The translations under genes and the position numbers were made by a program. The notes beneath the pieces were generated by a model. It made no database searches. It was not told the origin of the DNA and was given only the letters and a program-made list of their open reading frames with translations. From positions 2,108,965 to 2,172,964 of the forward strand of contig NZ_AP027081.1 in NCBI RefSeq assembly GCF_030295425.1: a stretch of DNA of 64,000 bases, given 5' to 3'. Of this stretch, positions 38,719-46,111 are shown one piece after another. This DNA is from Mesoterricola sediminis (GTDB lineage Bacteria; Acidobacteriota; Holophagae; Holophagales; Holophagaceae). Position 1 is the first letter of the stretch; each line of letters begins with the position of its first letter.

Positions 38719-39837
38719 ATGGGCATCAAGGGCGATCTTTCCACCATGGGCCTGGAGGACATCCTCCAGTGGCTATCGGTGGGCAAGAAGACCGGCATCC
38801 TCGAGCTCAAGGGCTTCCTCCACACCAAGCGCGTGGCCTTCGGCGACGGCCGGATCACCAGCGTGTGGTCCTCCGATCCGCGGGAGTACCTGGGGCAGTA
38901 CCTGCTGGCCTACAACCGGATCACCGAGGACCAGCTCCGGGAGGCCCTGGCCACCCAGGAGGACGAGAACCAGCTCCTGGGCCGGATCCTGGTGAACCGC
39001 CAGCTGGTCACGGAGACCGAGATCCGCCGCATCGTCCAGCTCAAGGTCGAGGAGTCCATCTACGACACCTTCCTGTGGGACACGGGGACCTTCGAGTTCC
39101 ACGACGGCCAGCCCCCCCTCCAGCGCTCCATGCTCCTGTCCCTGGAGGTCACGGGCATCGTCCTCGAGGGGGCGCGGCGCACCGACGAATGGAAGCGGGT
39201 CCGCAAGGTGATCCGGGGCGGCGACGCCGTGCTCGCCGGGGTCTCCGAGACCATCGCCGAGATGCTCCCCCTGGCCCCCGAGGACGCCGACATCCTGGCG
39301 CGGCTTGACGGCCTCAAGACCATCGACCAGATCGTCATCGAGATGCGGGCCCCCGAGTTCAAGATCCACAAGCTGCTCTTCGATCTCCACGAGAAGGGGA
39401 TGGTCCGCATCCTCCACCCCGGGGGCAGGCTCGGGGAGCAGACCAGCCTCCAGCTCCAGCGGGCCCGGCAGCTCCTGGAACGCCAGAAGCTCCAGGAGGC
39501 CCAGGACGAGCTGCGCAAGCTCCTCGTCGAGCAGCCCCGGCTCCAGGAGGCCACCCGGATGCTCCAGGTCGTCGAGCACATGCTCGAGGAGAACACGCTG
39601 GACGAGACCCTGGTGCCCGAGCTGGCCGTGACCATCGAGGAGCTCATGCAGGCCCAGCTGGGCCCCAACGAGGCCTTCCTCGCGACCCGGGTGAACGCGG
39701 TCTGGAGCATCAAGGACATCATCTCCATCTCGCCCTTTCCCCACGAAGAGTGCCTGGCCATCTTCTCCAAGCTCCTCAAGCGTGGGATCCTCAAGGTGCA
39801 GAAAGCGGCGGGAGGCGCCCAGGCCGGTTACCGCTAG
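38719..39837 (+). CDS. DUF4388 domain protein with coiled-coil C-terminus
   Basis: N-terminus GDLSTMGLEDILQWLSVGKKTGILEL is the DUF4388 (PatA-N-like) signature. Confidence 0.65.
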   Translation: MGIKGDLSTMGLEDILQWLSVGKKTGILELKGFLHTKRVAFGDGRITSVWSSDPREYLGQYLLAYNRITEDQLREALATQEDENQLLGRILVNRQLVTETEIRRIVQLKVEESIYDTFLWDTGTFEFHDGQPPLQRSMLLSLEVTGIVLEGARRTDEWKRVRKVIRGGDAVLAGVSETIAEMLPLAPEDADILARLDGLKTIDQIVIEMRAPEFKIHKLLFDLHEKGMVRILHPGGRLGEQTSLQLQRARQLLERQKLQEAQDELRKLLVEQPRLQEATRMLQVVEHMLEENTLDETLVPELAVTIEELMQAQLGPNEAFLATRVNAVWSIKDIISISPFPHEECLAIFSKLLKRGILKVQKAAGGAQAGYR

Positions 39838-39866
39838 GCGGCTCCCCCCCGACAACCGGAGGAACC

Positions 39867-40580
39867 GTGCGCACGCCCACCCCCTGGATCCCCGCCATCC
39901 TGGCCCTCGCCCTGCTGGGCCCCGCCCCGGCCTCGGCGGCGGCCAAGCCCAAGGGGGCGGCCACCGCCCTCCAGGCCCAGATCAAGAAGCTGACCGCGGA
40001 GCGGGACGAACTGGCGGACCGGCTCAAGGCCACGGAGAGCCTCCAGGAGGACCTGGCGGCGGCCCAGAAGAGCCGCGACCTGGCCCGGCAGGAGACGGAG
40101 GCCGTGCGCAAGCAGCTGGACCAGCTCAAGGCCGCCCTGAGCGAAAACCAGGGGAGCGCCGACACCCTGCTGAAGGAGATCCAGAAGGGCAAGGATGCCG
40201 TGGCCGCCCGGGAAGCGACCATCCAGGAGCTGCGCGACCAGCTGGCCAAGCTGACCGAGCAGAAGACCGCCGAGGCCGGCAAGGCCGTGGTGGCCATCAC
40301 CCCCGACATCGTTCCGGCCCGGCCCCTGAACCTGAACAAGATCACCCCCAAGGTCCGGAAGGTCTCCGGCGTCGTCGTGGTCAACGTCCTGATCGCCGAG
40401 AACGGCGACGTGCTGGACACCCGTCTCCTGCAGGCCCTGCCCGGCGAGGGGGAGTACGTGACCAAGGCCCACGAGGCCTGCCTCGAGGCGGCCAAGCGCA
40501 TCGTCTTCGACCCCGCCCGCACCGCCGATGGCAAGGCCCGGGTCCGGGTCTGGCAGGGCGTCGGCTTCTACCTGGACTGA
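39867..40580 (+). CDS. secreted coiled-coil protein with TonB-C-like C-terminal domain
   Basis: GTG start after GGAGG; signal peptide; Q/K/E-rich coiled coil; C-terminus VVVNVLIAENGDVLDTRLL...RVWQGVGFYLD resembles the TonB_C fold. Confidence 0.5.
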   Translation: MRTPTPWIPAILALALLGPAPASAAAKPKGAATALQAQIKKLTAERDELADRLKATESLQEDLAAAQKSRDLARQETEAVRKQLDQLKAALSENQGSADTLLKEIQKGKDAVAAREATIQELRDQLAKLTEQKTAEAGKAVVAITPDIVPARPLNLNKITPKVRKVSGVVVVNVLIAENGDVLDTRLLQALPGEGEYVTKAHEACLEAAKRIVFDPARTADGKARVRVWQGVGFYLD

Positions 40581-40584
40581 GCCC

Positions 40585-40905
40585 ATGCGCCTCGGCATCC
40601 TCCTGCAGACCCGCGACCCTGAGCAGGCCTGGAACGGCCTGCGGTTCGCCAATGCGGCCCTCCGCCGGGGCCACGAGACCCGCGTCTTCCTCATGGGCGC
40701 CGGGGTGGAGGTGGAGGACCTCCGGGAGGCCCCCTACGACGCCGGCGGGCAGCTGGAGGCCTTCGCCGCCGCGGGCGGCACCGTCCTGGCCTGCGGGACC
40801 TGCCTGAAGGGCCGCGGGAAGGCCGGCTCGGCCCTGTGCCCCCTGTCCACCATGGACGACTGCCTGGACCTGGTGGCATGGGCGGAGCGCGTGGTGACCT
40901 TCTGA
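40585..40905 (+). CDS. DsrE/DsrF-like (YchN-like) family protein
   Basis: MRLGILLQT...VFLMGAGV...ACGTCLKGRG; 4-bp gap after the previous gene. Confidence 0.65.
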   Translation: MRLGILLQTRDPEQAWNGLRFANAALRRGHETRVFLMGAGVEVEDLREAPYDAGGQLEAFAAAGGTVLACGTCLKGRGKAGSALCPLSTMDDCLDLVAWAERVVTF

Positions 40906-41144
40906 TGCCCCCGCCCACCTTCAGCGAGCACCTGCGGCAGACCTGGCCCCTGTCGGCCATCGCCGCGGGCCTGGCGGGCTACCTGATCCTGGTGCTCGGC
41001 AAAGGCGTCTTCTACACCAACCAGGGCCCCGTCCGGCGGGACCGGGATCCGGAGGGCTACCGCCGCTGGGTGCGCCGCTTCTCGCTCCTCCTCGCCCTGT
41101 GCGTGGCCACGGTGCTGCTCACCTTCCTCCTGGCCCGGGCCTGA
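40905..41144 (+). CDS. small membrane protein, two TM helices (79 aa)
   Basis: ATG overlaps the DsrE-like stop (TGATG); two hydrophobic helices flank an Arg-rich loop. Confidence 0.5.
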   Translation: MPPPTFSEHLRQTWPLSAIAAGLAGYLILVLGKGVFYTNQGPVRRDRDPEGYRRWVRRFSLLLALCVATVLLTFLLARA

Positions 41145-41680
41145 TGCGCCGGTTCGCGCCCCTCCTGGTCGCGGCGGTGGTGGGCGCGGCCGTGCCCGAC
41201 GCCCGGCCCTGCGACGATTGCGTGGCCGGGGTGGCCAATTTCGGGCGGGTGGACGACGCCCTCTGGCGCGGGGCCCAGCCCACGGCGGCGGGCTTCCAGG
41301 CCCTGGCCGCCCTGGGGGTGCGCACCGTCGTGAACCTGCGCCACGATCACGACGACGCGGCCCTCCTGGCCGGCACCGGCCTCCGCCAGGTGCGGATCCG
41401 CTGCCGGGCCTGGCGGCCGCGCACCGCCCAGATGGCGGCCTTCCTGGCGGTGGTCCGGGATCCCGCCAACCAGCCGGTCTTCGTGCACTGCGCCCAGGGG
41501 CGGGACCGCACGGGGTACATGGTGGCGGCCTACCGGATGGCGGCCCAGGGCTGGACCGCGGAGGCGGCCATCCGCGACATGGAGGCCTTCCGCTTCAATC
41601 ACCTGTGGATGGGCAATCCGGGCTTCCTCAGGCACCTGGACCTGGGGTCCCTGGCGCCGGCGGCGGGGCCTCCCCCTTGA
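41144..41680 (+). CDS. secreted dual-specificity/tyrosine phosphatase-like protein (CX5R loop HCAQGRDRTGY)
   Basis: ATG overlaps the previous stop (TGATG); signal peptide MRRFAPLLVAAVVGAAV; PTP P-loop. Confidence 0.7.
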   Translation: MRRFAPLLVAAVVGAAVPDARPCDDCVAGVANFGRVDDALWRGAQPTAAGFQALAALGVRTVVNLRHDHDDAALLAGTGLRQVRIRCRAWRPRTAQMAAFLAVVRDPANQPVFVHCAQGRDRTGYMVAAYRMAAQGWTAEAAIRDMEAFRFNHLWMGNPGFLRHLDLGSLAPAAGPPP

Positions 41681-42650
41681 CCCCGGGCCGGTAGAGCAGG
41701 GGGATCTTCAGGAGCGGGGCGTCGCCCGGGAGCTGGACGCACAGCAGGGCCGACGCCGGGCCCGGGGCCTCCCGCACCACCTCCAGGTCGAGGACGGGGG
41801 CGGCCGGGGGCAGGGGCGCCAGGCGGAACCCGGTTCCCTCGATCCAGACCCGGACGGGGCGCAGGGGCTGGCCGTCCAGGGAGCCCAGGCGCACGGAGGC
41901 GCGGGTTTCCCGGTCCGAGAGGAAGACGACCCGGGCCGGGTCCACGATCGCCGGCAGATCCAGGCGCCAGTCCAGGTAGAGCTGGAAGGCGGGCTGGAGG
42001 GGCGCGTCCGTGGCCAGGTGCAGGCGCTCGAGACCCGCCCGCATCCCGGGCGGCACGGCCTCGGGCCGGAGGATCACCCGGAGGTCCCCCTCGGCGGGGC
42101 CGCCCCCGGGGCCGGCCTTCAGGTCCGGCAGCGCCACCTCCAGGTAGGGCGGGACCGGGGAGGTCAGGCGGATCCGGGTGGGGGTCCCGGTCTCCCGCTT
42201 GAAGTGGAACACCTGCTCGGGCGACTCGTGGAGGGCCACCCCCCCGAAGCTGGCCTTGGGGCGGTCCACCGTCAGGTCCGCGCGGACCGTCATGCCCACC
42301 GGAAGGTAGTAGTGGCCCTGGCGGGGATCGTCCGTGCCCAGCCGCACGTTGCGGGCCTGCCAGCCCACGAAGCCCGCGGGGTCCACCCGCAGGGTCATCG
42401 CCGCCGTCGCCCCCGGGGCCAGGGGGCCCGCCAGGGCGGGCCCGGCCAGGGTCACCCCGGGGCTCAGGTCCAGGATCCGGAGGGCGAGGGGGGCGGCACT
42501 TCGGTTGGTCACCTGGTAGGTCACCGTGCGCACCTCCTGGGGGCCGACCGACCCCAGGTCCACCCGGCCCTTGGGGGCCAGGTCGAGGCGGGGCGGATCC
42601 GTGGGGGCGGGCGCCTGGGACAGCAGGACAACGAGGGGAAGGACGAACAT
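41628..42650 (-). CDS. DUF1573-like secreted Ig-fold protein
   Basis: Signal peptide; repeated beta-rich modules typical of DUF1573; 53-bp convergent overlap with the phosphatase gene. Confidence 0.55.
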   Translation of the reverse strand: MFVLPLVVLLSQAPAPTDPPRLDLAPKGRVDLGSVGPQEVRTVTYQVTNRSAAPLALRILDLSPGVTLAGPALAGPLAPGATAAMTLRVDPAGFVGWQARNVRLGTDDPRQGHYYLPVGMTVRADLTVDRPKASFGGVALHESPEQVFHFKRETGTPTRIRLTSPVPPYLEVALPDLKAGPGGGPAEGDLRVILRPEAVPPGMRAGLERLHLATDAPLQPAFQLYLDWRLDLPAIVDPARVVFLSDRETRASVRLGSLDGQPLRPVRVWIEGTGFRLAPLPPAAPVLDLEVVREAPGPASALLCVQLPGDAPLLKIPLLYRPGVKGEAPPPAPGTPGPGA

Positions 42651-42671
42651 GGCTCCAGCTTGACAGGAAAC

Positions 42672-42689
42672 GGGGGCCTCACGGCCCCC
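42672..42689 (-). terminator. hairpin GGGGGCC-tcac-GGCCCCC followed (minus strand) by GTTTCC
   Basis: Sits 28 bp downstream of the M4 protease stop on the minus strand; short U-tract. Confidence 0.4.
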
Positions 42690-42716
42690 CGGACGTTCAG
42701 GTGGGACGCGGCCGCG

Positions 42717-44513
42717 TCACTTCACGTTCACGGCGGTCCAGGCGTCGCCCACGGCCTTGTACTCGGCCGAGGCGCTCCCGTAGAGGGCCGCGGCGGCGGC
42801 GAGGGTGGCGGTGCGGGCGCCGGCGTACGTGGTGCCGGAGGTCATGTAGTCGCAGAGCGCCTTGTACCAGATGCGCGCGGCCTTGTCGTTGCCGATGGGC
42901 GTGGGCGCGGTGGTGCCGGTGTAGACCGGGCTGGTCTCGCCCTTGCTGTCGGTGTAGGGATCGTTGCCGCCGCCGAAGGCCAGGAGGTAGAACCAGTGGT
43001 TGGCCACGCCGCTGCTGTAGTGGACGTCGAGGCTGGCAAGGGAGGAGGACCAGAAGTCGGGGCTCGCGCCATCCCGGCTGGGCTTGTGCATCCACCGCAG
43101 GGCGTCATTGGGGTAGGCGTGGGCCCAGCTGTTCTCGAACAGCTTGTAGTTGGCATACTTCCCGCCATTGGCCGTGGTCGAGCCGGCCGGGGACCCGGGG
43201 ATGGTGCCGGCGGGCATGCCGCCCAGGACCCAGAACTCCACCATGGTGCCCAGGATGTCGGAGCTGGCCTCGTTCAGGCCGCCGCTTTCGCCGCTGTAGG
43301 TCAGGTTGGCCTCGGCGGCGCACACGCCGTGGCTCACCTCGTGGCCCACGGTGTCCAGGTCCGCTTCGCCGTGGGAGCCGGAGCTGTTGCCGTCCCCGTA
43401 GGTCATGCAGAAGCAGCTGTCGGACCAGAAGGCGTTGTCGTAGCTGCGGCTGTAGTGGACGCGGCTGTAGGCGGACCGGCCCTTGTTGTCGATGCCGATG
43501 CGCCCGAAGACCGACTTGTAGAAGTCCCAGGTGGCCTGGAGGCCCCGGTGGGCGTCCACGGCGGCGGTCTGGCCCGTGGGGCCGGTGGTGGAGAGGGTGC
43601 TGCTGCTGTACCAGGTGCCGTCGCCCCAGACGCCGTCGGCGTCGGTGTAGGCGGTGCCGGTGCCCGAGGTCTTGTTGGCGAGGTTGTACGTGGTGTTGCT
43701 GCCGCTGGCGGGGCGGGTGAGGTCCGAGAGCTGGTGGGTGCTGCCCGTCCAGGCCGTGTCCAGGGTGACCTGGCCGTACCACTGGGAGTTGCCCGTGGTC
43801 TTCTCGGCGGTGAGGGTGGTCTTGCCGCCGGGCTTCCCGGCAGTGTGGAGGGTGGACCACTTCTTGATCAGGGCGCCGGTGTGGGCGTTGAAGAGGTAGT
43901 CGGTGTGGCGGGTCTCCTCGGCGCCGTTCTCGAGCTCGGTGTGGACGTGCCAGGCCAGGGCGTATTCGAGGACCCGGTCCTCGAGCTCGGAGGCGGCGGC
44001 GTGCTCGAGGGAGGCGGCCTTGGCGCCGGCCTTCAGGGCCCGGTAGGTGCGGGGCACCACCACGAGCTCCGCGGTGGGATCGTTCGCGTAGGCGCCCTGG
44101 GGGGCCAGGTCGCCGTGGGCCGCGGCCAGGGCCTCGGCGGCCTCCAGGGAGGGCTCGGTGCTGATCTCGATGCGCTGGAACACGGCCAGGGTGGGGGCCT
44201 TGTGGGCGCCCGAGGCGTCCGTGTGGGTCACGGCGTCGCCTTCCCAGACGGGCACGCCCCGGAAGTGCTGGCGGAACCGGGCGTGGGTCTCGCCGAACTC
44301 GTCGGTGCGGGCGCCGCGGAGCACGAAGCTGTGGCGGCTGTCCAGGCCCAGGCCCGCGCGCCGGCCGTGGAGGTCGTGGCTGGCGGACTGGATCCGTCCC
44401 TCCTCGGACTGTTTGAGGGCTGCCAGGGCGGCTTCGGGCAGGGGGGGGCGCCCGGCGGCGGCGGGAAGACCGGCCAAGCCCAATACGAGCAGGGTCACGA
44501 GGGGGGAACGCAC
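42717..44513 (-). CDS. M4 (thermolysin-like) zinc metallopeptidase, secreted, paralog of 22384-24054
   Basis: HEVSHG...EASSD motifs, FCMTYGDG; GTG start 5 nt after AGGAGG; signal peptide. Confidence 0.85.
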   Translation of the reverse strand: MRSPLVTLLVLGLAGLPAAAGRPPLPEAALAALKQSEEGRIQSASHDLHGRRAGLGLDSRHSFVLRGARTDEFGETHARFRQHFRGVPVWEGDAVTHTDASGAHKAPTLAVFQRIEISTEPSLEAAEALAAAHGDLAPQGAYANDPTAELVVVPRTYRALKAGAKAASLEHAAASELEDRVLEYALAWHVHTELENGAEETRHTDYLFNAHTGALIKKWSTLHTAGKPGGKTTLTAEKTTGNSQWYGQVTLDTAWTGSTHQLSDLTRPASGSNTTYNLANKTSGTGTAYTDADGVWGDGTWYSSSTLSTTGPTGQTAAVDAHRGLQATWDFYKSVFGRIGIDNKGRSAYSRVHYSRSYDNAFWSDSCFCMTYGDGNSSGSHGEADLDTVGHEVSHGVCAAEANLTYSGESGGLNEASSDILGTMVEFWVLGGMPAGTIPGSPAGSTTANGGKYANYKLFENSWAHAYPNDALRWMHKPSRDGASPDFWSSSLASLDVHYSSGVANHWFYLLAFGGGNDPYTDSKGETSPVYTGTTAPTPIGNDKAARIWYKALCDYMTSGTTYAGARTATLAAAAALYGSASAEYKAVGDAWTAVNVK

Positions 44514-44643
44514 GGCGACCTCCTGAAGGCTGCGCCGGCCCCGGGTGTGGAGTCAGCGGAGGGTTGAACGGATGGCTGGCGCCATCCTACGTCCATCCGG
44601 CCGCTTTAGGAATGTTTTTTCACAACGTGTTGATATCCACAAT

Positions 44644-44670
44644 GAAAAACGGCCTCGTGTTGCGAGGCCG
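44644..44670 (-). terminator. rho-independent terminator (CGGCCTCG-tgttg-CGAGGCCG plus U-tract on the minus strand)
   Basis: Perfect 8-bp GC stem followed by TTTTTC on the minus strand, 10 bp after the DUF2752 stop. Confidence 0.7.
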
Positions 44671-44679
44671 AAATGGGGG

Positions 44680-44985
44680 TCAGGGGGCCGGGCGCCGGCC
44701 AGCCCATACGCGCCGGCCCAGCCGGGCGTACTCCCAGAGCAGGAGGGGGCCCACCAGGGCGACCCGGGGGTTGAAGGCCCAGGCCTTCCCCCACTCCAGC
44801 CCGGCGGCGGCGGTCAGGGCGTGGGTGAGGCCGCAGCCCCAGCAGGGGTGCCCCGTCACCAGGGTCACGAGGCAGGGCGGGGCCGCGGCCAGCACCAGGT
44901 CCGGGGCGGCGACCGCGGCCAGGCCGGCCAGGGTCAGCCCCAGGAAGAGCGCCCGGTCACTTCTTGAGGGGGCGTCCGCTGGCAT
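44680..44985 (-). CDS. DUF2752-like small membrane protein
   Basis: TM helix followed by TGHPCWGCGLTHA, as in DUF2752; start uncertain because of a 29-nt overlap with the TM2 gene. Confidence 0.55.
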   Translation of the reverse strand: MPADAPSRSDRALFLGLTLAGLAAVAAPDLVLAAAPPCLVTLVTGHPCWGCGLTHALTAAAGLEWGKAWAFNPRVALVGPLLLWEYARLGRRVWAGRRPAP

Positions 44986-45271
44986 CCTTCATGCCCCCGA
45001 CCAGGATGATGATGAAGTCGATGAGGGCCCAGATGCCGCACCCGCCCAGGGTGAACAGCTGGATGATGCCGATGACCGTGTGGCCCAGGTAGAAGCGGTG
45101 GACGCCCAGGGCCCCCAGGAAGAAGCACAGGAGGAGGGTGACGGTCCAGCTCTTGGGCTCGCCGGCGTCGGGGGTGGCCACGACGCTCTGGCCGGGGAGG
45201 GCGACGCCGCATTTGACGCAGACCGCCGCGGCGGGATGGGTTTCAGCTCCGCACTGGGGGCAGAAGGGCAT
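44957..45271 (-). CDS. TM2-domain protein with N-terminal zinc ribbon
   Basis: MPFCPQCGAE...CVKCG zinc ribbon, then the TM2 signature FLGALGVHRFYLGHTVIGIIQLFTLGGCGIWALIDFI. Confidence 0.75.
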   Translation of the reverse strand: MPFCPQCGAETHPAAAVCVKCGVALPGQSVVATPDAGEPKSWTVTLLLCFFLGALGVHRFYLGHTVIGIIQLFTLGGCGIWALIDFIIILVGGMKDASGRPLKK

Positions 45272-45351
45272 GGGGACTCCTGGAATGGCGCTGGGCGCGA
45301 TGTTCCAAGGTAGCGACCGAACGCCCGCCGGGGAATACGCTTTTTCACGTA

Positions 45352-46011
45352 TCAGAGGACGCGCCCCGGATCCAGGAGGAGGGACGGGAGCCCCGGCTCC
45401 GCCGGGTCCGGCCGGACCCGGCGGAAGGCCTCGGTGCGGGGGGCGTTCACCGTCTCCCAGGCGTCGGGGCCGAACCCGTAGATGCCCTGGATGATGGCCA
45501 GCTTGTCCCGGAACTGGGCCTGGGTGAGGGGGAGCACGAGGCTGGCGTTCTGGGCCGGATGGGGCACGCTCCGGGCCCCGTCGTCGTCGTAGGCGAAGTG
45601 CCAGAGCTCGTTGGCCTGGAGGCGTCCCTGCTCGAACAGCACCCGCACGGCGTCCGAGACCTCGTCGTGGAACTTGTGCTCGGTGTACTCCCCCCGGGGG
45701 GAGTGGGTGAGCACCAGGTCGAAGGTGGCGCGGGGCAGGAGGTGGAGGATGGTCTCCTCCACCTGGCCCTCGGGAAGCTCGTCTTCCCGCCCCCCGTCCC
45801 GGAGGGCGCCCAGGTCCCCCCGGGCGCCGTACCGGGCCAGGGCGCGATGGAAGCGGGGGGCCCGGTCCGGGTCCGTCCGGTGATTGAGGGCGATGATGGT
45901 CAGGTCCAGCTCCGCATGCTTGAGCAGGAGCCCGCAGGCCCACATCGTTTCGTCGTCCGGATGGGCGACGATGACGGCCACACGGCCGCCCTTTTCCGCG
46001 TTCGAGGCCAT
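45352..46011 (-). CDS. PIG-L/LmbE-family N-acetylglucosaminyl deacetylase
   Basis: VIVAHPDDETM and HSPRGEYTEH zinc-binding motifs. Confidence 0.8.
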   Translation of the reverse strand: MASNAEKGGRVAVIVAHPDDETMWACGLLLKHAELDLTIIALNHRTDPDRAPRFHRALARYGARGDLGALRDGGREDELPEGQVEETILHLLPRATFDLVLTHSPRGEYTEHKFHDEVSDAVRVLFEQGRLQANELWHFAYDDDGARSVPHPAQNASLVLPLTQAQFRDKLAIIQGIYGFGPDAWETVNAPRTEAFRRVRPDPAEPGLPSLLLDPGRVL

Positions 46012-46111
46012 GGTTCCTCCCGGCTGCAGGGTGGGATGATGCCGGGCCCGGCGCGTTCCAAAAAAAAGAGGCGGCCCGGAGGCCGCCTCTTTCAGGGTGG
46101 TGCGCGTCAGC

